In this document: piece by piece, positions 55,077-64,000 of the stretch
How positions within the stretch are numbered: position 1 is the first letter of the stretch
Layout of the letters: each line of letters begins with the position of its first letter
Assembly: GCA_944386495.1 (NCBI GenBank)
Contig: CALXBE010000010.1
Span: 2,822-66,821 of the forward strand
Direction: 5' to 3'
Source of the DNA: an uncultured Gemmiger sp.
Lineage (GTDB): Bacteria > Bacillota > Clostridia > Oscillospirales > Ruminococcaceae
DNA: 64,000 nt
Notes under the pieces: model-generated
What the model was told of the DNA's origin: nothing
The model's database searches: none
The model's input: only the letters and a program-made list of their open reading frames with translations
Translations under genes and position numbers: made by a program

Positions 55077-56999
55077 TTACACCCAGTTAGCGCTCTTGCT
55101 GCCGGACTTTTTCAGCCGGTATTCCGGGTTGGGCTGTTTCACATACCGAAGGGTGCAGCTGTCCTGGCACTGACCGGCCACAGCTTTGATCTGGACCTGG
55201 CCTTCCAGGGGAATCTGGAAGGTAAATACCTTCTCCCCTTTCTTCTCTTCTACCAGTTTTCCGTCAACGAAAAGGGCAACTTCGGGCTGGTTGGAGTAAA
55301 CCTTTACGGTGGTCACCTTCTCAGGACGGTCCACATAGCGGCTGCCGCAGAGGTGAACAAAGGGCTCCTTGCTCCAGTATGCTTTGTAGAGGTAGAAGCT
55401 GTCCTTTTTGATTTTCCGGTCAAAGGTGACCAGACCTTTGTGGTTCATACCAGGCTCGCCGCCCTGGTCCCGGGCATCTGCTGCGAAGTCGAACATATTC
55501 CAGGCATGAGTGCTCCACATGTAGGGATGCCGCTCAAAGCACTTGGCCATAAATTCATGGTAGACTGCCTGATACTCCTCAGAATGATCCCCGCGGCGGG
55601 GCTTGGAGGAGTGAAGATTGGGCATACCCTCGCAGCCGTATTCGGAGTAACCCAGGCAGCGGTTGGGATAAACCTTATGGAAGAATCCGATCCACCAATC
55701 GTTGAGGAACAAACCGGGCACATACCATCCCAGATACAGGTTCCAGGACACCAGGTCAGACAGGTGAGCCACCGGATTGAAGGGGCCGCACATGGCATAG
55801 CAGGCCAGGCTGGTGGGACGGGTGGGGTCCATCTCATGGCAAAGCTCATTGAGGACCCGATGGTTGTCCAGCATATCCTTCTTGTCCTTGGTAGAGATGG
55901 TAATCTCGTTGGAAAGTCCCCAGGTCACAATGGAGGGATGATTGTAGTTCTGTACAATCAGCTCCTTCATCTGGCTGATGGTATTTTCCCGTCCATTGGG
56001 CATGTGCTCAGAAATGTAAGGAATTTCTGCCCAGACGATCATGCCGTACTGGTCGCACAGGTCATAGAAATATTGGTTGTGCTGGTAATGGGCCAGCCGG
56101 ATGGTGTTGGCACCAATCTCCCGGATCAGGTCCATGTCTTCCTTGTGGTGCCGGGGAAGCAGTGCATTGCCCAGGTTTTTCCGGTCCTGGTGACGGGCTA
56201 CGCCCCGGAGCGGATATTTCCGACCGTTCAGGAAGAAGCCCTCTTTGGGGTCCATCCGGAAGGTCCGCACACCAAAGGCGGACTGAATTTCGTCCACGAC
56301 CTGGTCATTTTCCAGAAGCCGGAGGGTAGCGTGGTAGAGGTAGGGGTCCTCTACGCCGTCCCAGAGATGCACCTGAGGAATCCGGAGGGTGACATCGGTG
56401 CCTTCCCCTTTGACAACTTCCCTGCCTTCAGCATCAGTAATGATTACCTGAACCTGAGGATCGGGCTGATTGCACCAGCTCTCTACCCGGACTTCTCCAT
56501 CCTCTCCCTTAACTACAGGAGTGATTTTCAGGCCGGGACCGCCCAAGTGATCCATGTCAAAGCGGTGCTTGCTGACCACAATCAGACTTACATCCCGGTA
56601 AATGCCGCCATAGAAGGTGAAGTCGGCTTTCTGGGGATAAACACGGTCGTTAATGCCATTGTCCACCTGAACAGTCAAGTGGTTTTCATTTTTCAAAAAG
56701 CGGGTAATGCATGTGCGGAAGGTAGAATAGCCACCATCGTGGGAAAGAATTTTCTCTCCGTTCAGTTCTACCAGTGCGCTGGCATTCACTCCCTGGAATT
56801 CCAGATATACATCCTGAGTCTCGGAGTCAAACTCAGGAGTCGAAAACAGCTTTTTGTAGGTGCAGGTTCCACGCCAGTAATCATTGCCGCCGTCCTGTCC
56901 ATCCCGATTATTCCAGGTATGAGGAATATCAACGGTAATTACATCACCTTTCGGCCCATAGAACTCCCAGTTCTGATTCAAGTCCAGTTTTTTTCTCAT
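55077..56999 (-). CDS. Glycoside hydrolase family 2, probable beta-glucuronidase
   Basis: 'LNQNWEF', acid/base region 'TWGLSNE', nucleophile region 'GYSEYG', and the N-x-K motif 'MNHKGLVTFDRK'. Confidence 0.8.
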   Translation of the reverse strand: MRKKLDLNQNWEFYGPKGDVITVDIPHTWNNRDGQDGGNDYWRGTCTYKKLFSTPEFDSETQDVYLEFQGVNASALVELNGEKILSHDGGYSTFRTCITRFLKNENHLTVQVDNGINDRVYPQKADFTFYGGIYRDVSLIVVSKHRFDMDHLGGPGLKITPVVKGEDGEVRVESWCNQPDPQVQVIITDAEGREVVKGEGTDVTLRIPQVHLWDGVEDPYLYHATLRLLENDQVVDEIQSAFGVRTFRMDPKEGFFLNGRKYPLRGVARHQDRKNLGNALLPRHHKEDMDLIREIGANTIRLAHYQHNQYFYDLCDQYGMIVWAEIPYISEHMPNGRENTISQMKELIVQNYNHPSIVTWGLSNEITISTKDKKDMLDNHRVLNELCHEMDPTRPTSLACYAMCGPFNPVAHLSDLVSWNLYLGWYVPGLFLNDWWIGFFHKVYPNRCLGYSEYGCEGMPNLHSSKPRRGDHSEEYQAVYHEFMAKCFERHPYMWSTHAWNMFDFAADARDQGGEPGMNHKGLVTFDRKIKKDSFYLYKAYWSKEPFVHLCGSRYVDRPEKVTTVKVYSNQPEVALFVDGKLVEEKKGEKVFTFQIPLEGQVQIKAVAGQCQDSCTLRYVKQPNPEYRLKKSGSKSANWV

Positions 57000-57095
57000 A
57001 GCAGATTTTCTTCCCTTCTGAGCCTGCCGCCCTTGAATTTTTGCCGATCACAAAACCAACAGATTTTTTTCATATCCTTGACATAATTATAAAAA

Positions 57096-57124
57096 TTTGA
57101 TTATTTCTTTTCAATTTCGTTTCC
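57096..57124 (-). promoter_or_regulatory. Putative sigma-A promoter for the GH2-GH3-transporter operon
   Basis: On the minus strand: TTGAAA, 17-nt spacer, TATAAT. Confidence 0.5.
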
Positions 57125-57201
57125 CCAAGTGGGCTAAAATCGGGTATATGTGGCAACTACAAGTACAACAAAAGTTGTCTTTTGTTGTTTAAATTGCACA
57201 A

Positions 57202-57244
57202 ATAGAGTTCCCCTGTCGGAGCAAATCCGGCAGGGGAACTCTAT
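57202..57244. terminator. Terminator downstream of the zinc-uptake operon
   Basis: 14-bp stem ATAGAGTTCCCCTG/CAGGGGAACTCTAT with an inner 4-bp helix. Confidence 0.7.
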
Positions 57245-57291
57245 GAATTGATTCTCTTTTGAGTTTAATAATCTTTTTGTTATCTTTGGAT

Positions 57292-57774
57292 TCATTCAAA
57301 AATTACATTCTCTAACCGCAGAAAAATGAATCCATACTCCTGTAATTCCTGGTCGATCTGCAATTCACCTACGATTGTCACTTCCGTGTCTGAAGCGGGA
57401 TAGTCCTCAGGATATACTGCATCCTCCGGCATGATCACATCAAATCCCTGGGCGCAGCAGGCTGCTGCATCTTTTACAAAAACACCGCAGCGAATTGCGC
57501 CGTTTTCCTGATCCTCATAGGAGGTAAAGGTACCTTTTAACCGGACTATCTTCCCAATGTAATCGTCCGGTGACATCATCATATTGTACACCTCAGCATA
57601 TACCATGGTGCTGCTCAAGGTAGTTAAATCAACATCTACCGAAGGTCTCTTACCTGTAGATACCCTTTCGGAGGGCTGCGGCAAAGAGATTTCCGGAGAG
57701 GGCGACTGTTCGACAGAAGAGCAGGCCGTAAATACCAAAGCAATTCCAAGTAAAAGGATAATAAAGCGTTTCAT
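57292..57774 (-). CDS. Lipoprotein of unknown function, last gene of the zinc-uptake operon
   Basis: The lipobox 'LVFTAC' follows a signal peptide. 160 aa, contains 'KDAAACCAQGFD'. Confidence 0.6.
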   Translation of the reverse strand: MKRFIILLLGIALVFTACSSVEQSPSPEISLPQPSERVSTGKRPSVDVDLTTLSSTMVYAEVYNMMMSPDDYIGKIVRLKGTFTSYEDQENGAIRCGVFVKDAAACCAQGFDVIMPEDAVYPEDYPASDTEVTIVGELQIDQELQEYGFIFLRLENVIFE

Positions 57775-57777
57775 TTT

Positions 57778-58623
57778 TCACCGTCTCCCGGCCAGTCCAA
57801 TGCCCCAGCAAAGCACAAAGGTGATAATTTCAACTGTAACAATGGTGGCGCCAACCGGTGTTCCTGCAAGAATGGATACAACAATGCCAGCAGCAGCACA
57901 GAAAACGGAAAGTCCGGCGGAAAAGATGGTGACAGCCTTGAAGCTGTGAAACAACCGCATGGCAGACATGGCAGGAAAAATGACCAGCGCAGAAATCAGC
58001 AGCGATCCTACCAGATTCATTGCCATCACAATAACCACCGCCGTTACAACAGCTAAAATAAGATTATACCGTTTTGCGTTCGTGCCCGTAGCCGAGGCAA
58101 AGCTTTCGTCAAAAGTAATGGCAAAAATTTTATGGTAAAAGAAAACATACAGGAGTACTACCAGCGCCGAAAGAATCACACACATCCAGACATCTGATTT
58201 TGATAAAGTAAGAATAGAAGTTGCTCCAAAAAGCGTAGTGCAAACATCCCCGGCCAGATTTGAAGATACCGAAAACAGGTTCATGACCAGATATCCCACA
58301 GCCAATGCTCCTACTGAGAACATGGCCATGGCGGCATCCCCTTTTATTTTAGAGTTTTCTCCTGCGCCTAGAAGAAATACAGCGCAAAGTACCGTTACGC
58401 CCATAACCAAGGGCATATCACTTGCAAGATTTAGAACAGAGGCAACCGCCATAGCGCCAAAGGCCACATGAGAAAGACCGTCCCCAATAAAGGAAAAGCG
58501 CTTTAACACCAAAGTGACTCCCAGCAAAGCTGCACAAAGTGCTACCAGTACCCCCACAGCAAGGGCATACCGCACAAAAGGATACGCCCAGTATGCAACC
58601 AGCTTTTCAAGCATCATTCCCAT
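57778..58623 (-). CDS. Metal (Zn/Mn-type) ABC transporter permease
   Basis: 281 aa with about 8 TM helices. 'FIGDGLSHVAFGA' is typical of ZnuB/AdcB-type permeases. Confidence 0.9.
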   Translation of the reverse strand: MGMMLEKLVAYWAYPFVRYALAVGVLVALCAALLGVTLVLKRFSFIGDGLSHVAFGAMAVASVLNLASDMPLVMGVTVLCAVFLLGAGENSKIKGDAAMAMFSVGALAVGYLVMNLFSVSSNLAGDVCTTLFGATSILTLSKSDVWMCVILSALVVLLYVFFYHKIFAITFDESFASATGTNAKRYNLILAVVTAVVIVMAMNLVGSLLISALVIFPAMSAMRLFHSFKAVTIFSAGLSVFCAAAGIVVSILAGTPVGATIVTVEIITFVLCWGIGLAGRR

Positions 58624-59326
58624 AAGGTTCTCCTTTCTGCTTCAGGTATCGCCTTCCCGGGACAGAGCGGACAAATTCCTTGCAGGTTCCAAAGAATACC
58701 TGCTCGCCCAGATAGAGAATGTGGCTGGCGTAATGGAGTGCTGCCTCCATATCATGGGAAATCATAAGAATGGTCATTCCATCCTTTTTATTGAGGCTGT
58801 CGATCATTTCATACATATCCCTGCAAGCTGCAGGGTCCAAACCGGATACCGGTTCATCCAGCAGCAGAATTTTGCTTGCGGCACAAAGGGCGCGAGCCAA
58901 TAGCACACGCTGCTGCTGACCACCGGATAATTCCCTGTAACAACGGTCAGCAAAATGCTCCATATCCATTCTACGGAGAGACAGTCGAGCCTTTTCTTTT
59001 TCTGTTTTATTGTAAAAAGGACGAAGACCGCACTTCCCCTGGCAGCCGGACAAAGTCACCTCCCAGACGGTGGCAGGAAAGTCTCGCTGGGCCTGAGTCT
59101 GCTGAGGGAGATACCCTATTTCCTGGGCCTTCACGCCCTCCCCCCAGGAAACTCTCCCCTCTAACGGCGACTGAAGTCCCAGAATTGTTTTCATTAAGGT
59201 CGACTTTCCGGAGCCGTTTTCTCCTAAAATGCAGAGATAGTCTCCTGCACTTACCGAAAAATTCAGTCCACGGACCAAGGCCGCATCGTATCCCAAAGCC
59301 AATCCCTGGCAATTTATTTGAATCAT
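58607..59326 (-). CDS. Metal ABC transporter ATP-binding protein
   Basis: Walker A 'GENGSGKST', signature 'LSGGQQQR', Walker B 'LLLDEP'. ATG 59326 has a GAGAGG RBS. Confidence 0.9.
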   Translation of the reverse strand: MIQINCQGLALGYDAALVRGLNFSVSAGDYLCILGENGSGKSTLMKTILGLQSPLEGRVSWGEGVKAQEIGYLPQQTQAQRDFPATVWEVTLSGCQGKCGLRPFYNKTEKEKARLSLRRMDMEHFADRCYRELSGGQQQRVLLARALCAASKILLLDEPVSGLDPAACRDMYEMIDSLNKKDGMTILMISHDMEAALHYASHILYLGEQVFFGTCKEFVRSVPGRRYLKQKGEPYGNDA

Positions 59327-59337
59327 TTGTATTCCTC

Positions 59338-60315
59338 TCAATTTAAGGCGGTTTTCAGAACTTCCAGATTCTGCTTCATAATAGAAAGGTAGGAAACGCC
59401 TTCTTCTATCTGGGCGGTAGTTACAGACTGCATGGAATCCAAGGTAAGAACATTCTGATCTTGAGTTTTCGTGCTGCTTACCACCGTCTTTGCCACCTGC
59501 CCGTCAGAACCATCTATGGTCAAAACGCAGGGCAGCCCCAGTTCATCTACCTTACCTGCAAGAAAAGCCACCGTTTCAAAGCTGGCTTCTGTTTCAGCAG
59601 AGCAACCGGAAAATGCCGCATAATACTTTAAATTGTAGTCATCCATCAAATATCTGAAGGGAAAGCGATCTGCAAACAACAGGGTATCCCGCTGGGCTGA
59701 CCCCAGTACCGCTTGATATTCTTCGTCCAATCCTTTGAGTTCTTCAATGTACCGGGCTGCATTTTCTGCATACTCTTGACCATGTTCAGGATCAATCGTT
59801 CCAAGGGTTTCTGCGATTTCATTGCAAAGCCGGGCAGCATTGACAAGGGAAAGCCAGATGTGTTCGTCCGGGTGTTCGTGCTCCTCTTCCTCGTCATGGG
59901 TATGTTCATCCTGCTGCATTCCCTCCACGACCTCTTCCTCTTTTACATCTTCCCCCATTAAATCCAACAGATTCATAGCTGCCAAATTTGGATTGGCATT
60001 AGCAAGAGCTTCTTCCACCCAGGCATCAGATTCTCCGCCGGTATAGATCAGCAGATCACAGTCTGAAATTATGATCATATCATCAGCCGAGGGCTGGAAG
60101 CTGTGGAGATCCACGCCGTTGTCAAGAAGAAGGGTAAGGTCCACATTCTCTGCCTGGCCTCCCAGAATTTCTCTAACCCAATCATAAATAGGAAAGATGG
60201 TCGTCACAACCTGTAACTTTTCGCTTTTGGACTGGATCGGCTGATCATTCGCACATCCGGTCATAATTACAAGCATTATCACAAGCGCCGCTATAACGGC
60301 AATAGCTTTCTTCAT
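59338..60315 (-). CDS. Zinc ABC transporter substrate-binding lipoprotein with a His/Glu-rich loop
   Basis: Start at 'MKKAIAVIAALVIMLVIMTGC' (lipobox). The loop 'QQDEHTHDEEEEHEHPDEH' is typical of ZnuA/AdcA. Confidence 0.9.
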   Translation of the reverse strand: MKKAIAVIAALVIMLVIMTGCANDQPIQSKSEKLQVVTTIFPIYDWVREILGGQAENVDLTLLLDNGVDLHSFQPSADDMIIISDCDLLIYTGGESDAWVEEALANANPNLAAMNLLDLMGEDVKEEEVVEGMQQDEHTHDEEEEHEHPDEHIWLSLVNAARLCNEIAETLGTIDPEHGQEYAENAARYIEELKGLDEEYQAVLGSAQRDTLLFADRFPFRYLMDDYNLKYYAAFSGCSAETEASFETVAFLAGKVDELGLPCVLTIDGSDGQVAKTVVSSTKTQDQNVLTLDSMQSVTTAQIEEGVSYLSIMKQNLEVLKTALN

Positions 60316-60416
60316 ATTTATAAACCTCCAAAATAAAAAACCGTATAAGGAAATCCAGTGAGCCAACAAGTATAATTCGATGCTTCCTCGTTAGGATTGG
60401 CTCTCTGGGAGGTTTA

Positions 60417-60707
60417 TCAATTCTGAAGCTTTACCCCAAGCAGAACAGGAGAAAAGGCGATAATAATTCTTGCGGATATAAAAACACAACCTGAAAGTAA
60501 GGAAAGCAAGATAAGAGTGCGCTTTAAATCATTCCGCACCGCCCCGGTCAGAAAATTCTGATATAGGCGGACCTGGCGGCAGGTCCCGCAATGGTCACCT
60601 ATACAGTGATGACTAGTCTGGACTGTCGTCATGAAGAAGGAAAAAAACACTGCAAAAAGTATAAGAAATACGCCCAAAAGCACCGCTGTCCGTTTTAGTT
60701 TGGCCAT
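60417..60707 (-). CDS. Small two-TM membrane protein with an 'HHCIGDHCGTC' Cys/His cluster
   Basis: ATG 60707 lies 6-7 nt after GGGAGGGAG. An alternative ATG at 60728 overlaps the zur stop (ATGA). It sits between zur and the binding-protein gene. Confidence 0.55.
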   Translation of the reverse strand: MAKLKRTAVLLGVFLILFAVFFSFFMTTVQTSHHCIGDHCGTCRQVRLYQNFLTGAVRNDLKRTLILLSLLSGCVFISARIIIAFSPVLLGVKLQN

Positions 60708-60727
60708 GTTTTTCTCCCTCCCTTCCA

Positions 60728-61132
60728 TCAGGGGTTTCTTTCTTTTCTACAGTCCTCACATACGCCCAACAGAACCGTATTGAGAATATCCAGCTGGAAC
60801 CCCTCTTCCAGGCACAACGCCTGTTTCAGATGCATGGTATGGTTCTCGGCCAGATGAAATGTTTTCCCGCAGCAGGTGCAGGACATATGCAAATGATTTT
60901 TGCAGGCCGGGGCTCCCATGTACTGATAAAAAGCTTCCCTGCTCCCCTGCTTCACCGATTTGCGAATTACGCCCTCCTCTTCGAGTTGGGACAAGTTTCG
61001 GTAAACCGCACTCAAACTGATTTGTTTCTGTGACAGAGTATCAGCAACCTGTCGTACTGACAGCAATTCGTCAGGATGATGGTCGAGAAACTCAATCAAT
61101 ACATCTCTCTGGCGTGTATCATATTTTTTCAT
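60728..61132 (-). CDS. zur: Fur-family metalloregulator, Zur by context
   Basis: 134 aa with a winged-helix N-terminus plus 'HLHMSCTCCG' and 'CEDC' metal sites. It is the first gene of the zinc transporter operon. Confidence 0.75.
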   Translation of the reverse strand: MKKYDTRQRDVLIEFLDHHPDELLSVRQVADTLSQKQISLSAVYRNLSQLEEEGVIRKSVKQGSREAFYQYMGAPACKNHLHMSCTCCGKTFHLAENHTMHLKQALCLEEGFQLDILNTVLLGVCEDCRKERNP

Positions 61133-61146
61133 ACTTCAGCTCCAAA

Positions 61147-61165
61147 TTTGCAAATGATTCGCAAA
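61147..61165. promoter_or_regulatory. Candidate Zur/Fur box (9-1-9 imperfect palindrome) just upstream of zur
   Basis: TTTGCAAAT-g-ATTCGCAAA, with one mismatch per arm, starting 15 nt upstream of the zur start codon. Confidence 0.45.
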
Positions 61166-61283
61166 TCAGAATATCATCCCGGTGGGAACTTGTCAAGCTG
61201 TTATTTTTTATTTGAAAATGTTCCTAAAATACTCTCTTTATAGTATAATGAAACAAACTTAGTATAATATTGGGAGAGATTTC

Positions 61284-62021
61284 ATGAAGATACTGATTAT
61301 CCGGCACGGTGATCCGGATTACGCCCGAGATTCTCTTACCCCCAAAGGCTGGCAGGAGGCACGGCTTCTGGCTCAGCGACTGGCTCCCCAACCCATTGAT
61401 GCTTTTTATGTTTCACCTCTGGGAAGAGCTAAGGACACGGCCAGCTGTACCCTGGAACTGGCCGGGCGTTCCGCCACAGAATGTGATTGGCTTACCGAAT
61501 TCAATCCGCCCTCGGTGCAGCGGCCCGATCTGGAGGAGGGCAAGCGGTTTGTGGCTTGGGACTGGCTTCCTTCCCACTGGCTTGACCGTGCCATTCTTAT
61601 GGACCGGGAGCATTGGTTTGAGGAGCCGTGTTTCTCGGAAGCCGGTGTAGGGCAGGCTTATCACAGGGTAACTGCTGCTTTTGACCAACTGCTGGCACAG
61701 CACGGTTATCAGCGTGAGGGGCTCACTTATCGGCCTGTGAAACCCAACCACGATACTATATGTTTGTTTTGTCACTTTGGAGTGCAGGGAGTGCTTCTTT
61801 CCCATCTTCTCAATGTTTCTCCTATGCCCTTATGGCAGGGGTTTGCAGCGGCTCCTTCCTCTGTGACCACCCTGACTACCGAAGAACGCCGGGAAGGTAT
61901 TGCTATTTTCCGTATGAGCAGTTATGGTGACATTTCCCACCTTTATGCCGGGCAGGAACCTCCTTCCACAGCCGCCCGCTTCTGCGAATGCTTTACTGAT
62001 TTCCAGGACCGCCACGACTAA
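61284..62021 (+). CDS. Histidine phosphatase (phosphoglycerate mutase-like) family protein
   Basis: The catalytic 'IIRHGDPDY' (RHG) is at the N-terminus. 245 aa. Confidence 0.8.
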   Translation: MKILIIRHGDPDYARDSLTPKGWQEARLLAQRLAPQPIDAFYVSPLGRAKDTASCTLELAGRSATECDWLTEFNPPSVQRPDLEEGKRFVAWDWLPSHWLDRAILMDREHWFEEPCFSEAGVGQAYHRVTAAFDQLLAQHGYQREGLTYRPVKPNHDTICLFCHFGVQGVLLSHLLNVSPMPLWQGFAAAPSSVTTLTTEERREGIAIFRMSSYGDISHLYAGQEPPSTAARFCECFTDFQDRHD

Positions 62022-62052
62022 AAAAAGCTCCCCTTTCGGGGAGCTTTTTTAA
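62022..62052. terminator. Bidirectional terminator
   Basis: AAAAAAGCTCCCC-tttc-GGGGAGCTTTTTT. Confidence 0.85.
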
Positions 62053-62069
62053 TGTAATGCGCACCAGTT

Positions 62070-62726
62070 TTACAGCACATTGTGGCAGGAATCCGGAATT
62101 CCTATGTCTGCCAGGAGCACCTCACCGCAGTACATTTCAGCCTCAGGAAGAGTGTGTACCGGCTTCAAACTGTCAAAGGCCACGGTAAAGTCAGCCTGAA
62201 CTGCGCCTTCTGCAGCTTCTCCTGTGTCAGCTGTTAGGCCGCTGGGAAGGTCTACTGCCAAAAGAAAGGCACCCTCATCTCGGGAATCGTTCATAATCTT
62301 ACAGGCTCTCAGCCCATCCGGGCGCAAGTTTCCGTGAAAGCCGGTCCCGTACAAGCTGTCCACCACTGCGTTCCACCCTTTATGGGAAGGTGCATCTTCT
62401 TTCTCCAGAATCGTTACCGAAAGCTCTGCCAGCAGATTAAAGTTGGTGACAGCATCGGGAGTCTGCGGCGCACCTTCGGCCAGCCAAACAGTGACCTGCC
62501 AGCCGGATTTGGCTGCCATTCTGGCAATTACAAACCCGTCTCCCCCATTGTTCCCTTTTCCGGCCACCACCAGCAATTGTCCAGCCGCAGGGAATCTCTC
62601 AGCCAAGGCTTTCCAGGCGGCCCGCCCGGCATTCTCCATCATCTGAATGTACAGAAGTCCATTTTCATTGGCTGCCCGTTCAATGGCTTTCATCTCTGCC
62701 GCAGTAACAACTGCCCTGTTTTTCAT
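62070..62726 (-). CDS. nnrE: NAD(P)H-hydrate epimerase (YjeF N-terminal domain only)
   Basis: 218 aa with 'VVAGKGNNGGDGFVIAR' and 'VDSLYGTGF'. Confidence 0.85.
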   Translation of the reverse strand: MKNRAVVTAAEMKAIERAANENGLLYIQMMENAGRAAWKALAERFPAAGQLLVVAGKGNNGGDGFVIARMAAKSGWQVTVWLAEGAPQTPDAVTNFNLLAELSVTILEKEDAPSHKGWNAVVDSLYGTGFHGNLRPDGLRACKIMNDSRDEGAFLLAVDLPSGLTADTGEAAEGAVQADFTVAFDSLKPVHTLPEAEMYCGEVLLADIGIPDSCHNVL

Positions 62727-62902
62727 GGCTGAAAACCTCCTGACCTGAATTCTTTCATTCTCATATTACCAGTTTCCAAAAGAAAATTAAAGCGGTTACA
62801 TTCCGTTAACCTGACAGCAACAAAGCTGAAACCTTCTCCCTGTATAACCAGAGTAACGGAGCTGAGATAGCACCGAATAATTTTGGTTTAAGGAGTGGAA
62901 GC

Positions 62903-64000
62903 ATGAAAATTTCAAGAAAAGTAAAACTGGTCGCCCTGTCTTTGGCGGCAGTTATTCTTACGGCCTGCGGCGGAGAACCGGCTCAGACTGCACCACAGGA
63001 ACAGACCGTCCCCACTGTGAATCCCGGAGACACAACCCCCATCACCCACATCGCTTACCTTGACCTTGGTTCAGAATTTGCGGCATCTCCTGATGGGCTG
63101 TATACCATAGCTCAGCTGCGCCCGGGTGCAAGAAATCTTTTTTATGTGGACATGGAAACACAGCAGGAAACTTATCTGTGTTCTGTGCCGGGCTGTGCTC
63201 ACGACAACGAAAGCTGTACCTCCTATTTCTACATGGGTGAGAGGTCTATTGGCATTTCTTTGTTCTATTTTCAAGACCATCTCTATGCCATTCAAAATGT
63301 ACCGGCCAACGGTAAAAATGCCAATATTATCCGCATGGACCCGGACGGTTCAAACAGAGAAACAGTTGTAACTCTGAATGATGACGAAACCTTTGCCGGA
63401 CACATATTCGGATACGGAGATTCCATCCTCTGTGAAATAGGCGTTTCTGATTCGAAAAGAGAAAGCTGGAATCAGCTGCTGGAACGGATCGATCTGGAAA
63501 CCGGGACCCGGGAAGTGATTTTCCAATATCCCGGCGAAAATGGACAATCCGGAATTTCTTTGATGGGCGCAACCGGAACCAATCTTTACTATCTGAGCCA
63601 GGGAGGCCAGGCAGAAGCTTTTCAGTATTACAAGGTTGATTTGTCCCTGGGCTCTGCTGCCATCGACACCATGAAGGAGAATCCCGTTGGCCCCGAGTTT
63701 GATAATATTGAGACCTTCTGCACCATTCAGAATGATTATTTCTGTACCTATGACTCCAAGAGTAACCTTTTAAGCTATGAGAACCTCCTTACCGGGGAGA
63801 GAAAAGAGTTCCCTGCTCCGGAGCTGGAAGAGGGCGAAAAGCTGTACGGCTTGGTTCATCTCTACGATGACCGGTTTGCTCTGTCCATAGACGATGCTGA
63901 GAGAAATGTTGTAATGGTACTCCTTGACCCAGAAACCAATCAGCCCACCGGAGTTCGTCATACGGTCAGCGAAGAAAACAGCCAGACCATTCTGGGCACA
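62903..64000 (+). CDS. Lipoprotein of unknown function, 3' end outside the window (not in the supplied ORF track)
   Basis: ATG lies after AAGGAG. 'MKISRKVKLVALSLAAVILTACGG' is a lipobox. I translated the frame by hand and it stays open to nt 64000. Confidence 0.6.
   Translation, partial: MKISRKVKLVALSLAAVILTACGGEPAQTAPQEQTVPTVNPGDTTPITHIAYLDLGSEFAASPDGLYTIAQLRPGARNLFYVDMETQQETYLCSVPGCAHDNESCTSYFYMGERSIGISLFYFQDHLYAIQNVPANGKNANIIRMDPDGSNRETVVTLNDDETFAGHIFGYGDSILCEIGVSDSKRESWNQLLERIDLETGTREVIFQYPGENGQSGISLMGATGTNLYYLSQGGQAEAFQYYKVDLSLGSAAIDTMKENPVGPEFDNIETFCTIQNDYFCTYDSKSNLLSYENLLTGERKEFPAPELEEGEKLYGLVHLYDDRFALSIDDAERNVVMVLLDPETNQPTGVRHTVSEENSQTILGT

Noticed and set aside
57163-57186. 10-bp perfect palindrome ACAACAAAAG-ttgt-CTTTTGTTGT as a defined operator of the glycoside locus
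   Set aside because: No regulator gene is nearby and I cannot match it to a known operator consensus. It may simply be a secondary terminator between the zinc operon and the GH2 promoter. It is mentioned under the glucuronide finding only.

Overview
This window looks like a chromosomal segment from a spore-forming Clostridia-type Firmicute. The evidence is a complete spoIIIAA-AH operon, SpoIIM-like, BofC-like and CotH genes, and Gram-positive style RBSs and terminators. All family calls rest on motifs read by eye in the supplied translations; no database search was run.

Most of the window is housekeeping:
- ligA 3' end, a class A PBP, and an ACT-hom-thrB-aspartate kinase cluster
- VanY-like peptidase, two M16 peptidases, lgt, folD
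- rplU-rpmA-obg-mrnC, an RsmB/F-type methyltransferase, yebC, radA
- yajC, tgt, queA, and asd-dapA-dapB

Accessory-looking parts:
1. An FkbH/ACP/MaoC/SDR/GNAT acyl-tailoring cassette (1.1-5.3 kb).
2. A zinc-ribbon/PASTA protein whose kinase catalytic motifs are degenerate (23-24.6 kb).
3. A 3,027-bp G+C-rich element (30872-33911) bounded by 13-bp direct repeats.
4. A CotH/VTC/DUF4956 cassette wedged between yajC and tgt.
5. An orphan AgrC/LytTR-type two-component pair.
6. A probable glucuronide/glycoside utilisation locus (GH2 with N-x-K motif, GH3, GPH transporter, SDR).
7. A Zur-type zinc uptake operon with two extra Cys/His-rich proteins.

The element in item 3 is the most unusual object. 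It carries a pMV158 RepB-type rolling-circle initiator with its hairpin and iteron origin, a catalytic-domain-only tyrosine recombinase, and about 1 kb of non-coding, densely nested G/C palindromes. It is inserted into a perfect 11-6-11 dif-like palindrome that lies between a consensus promoter and a Xer-like recombinase gene. No rRNA, tRNA or CRISPR array was seen.
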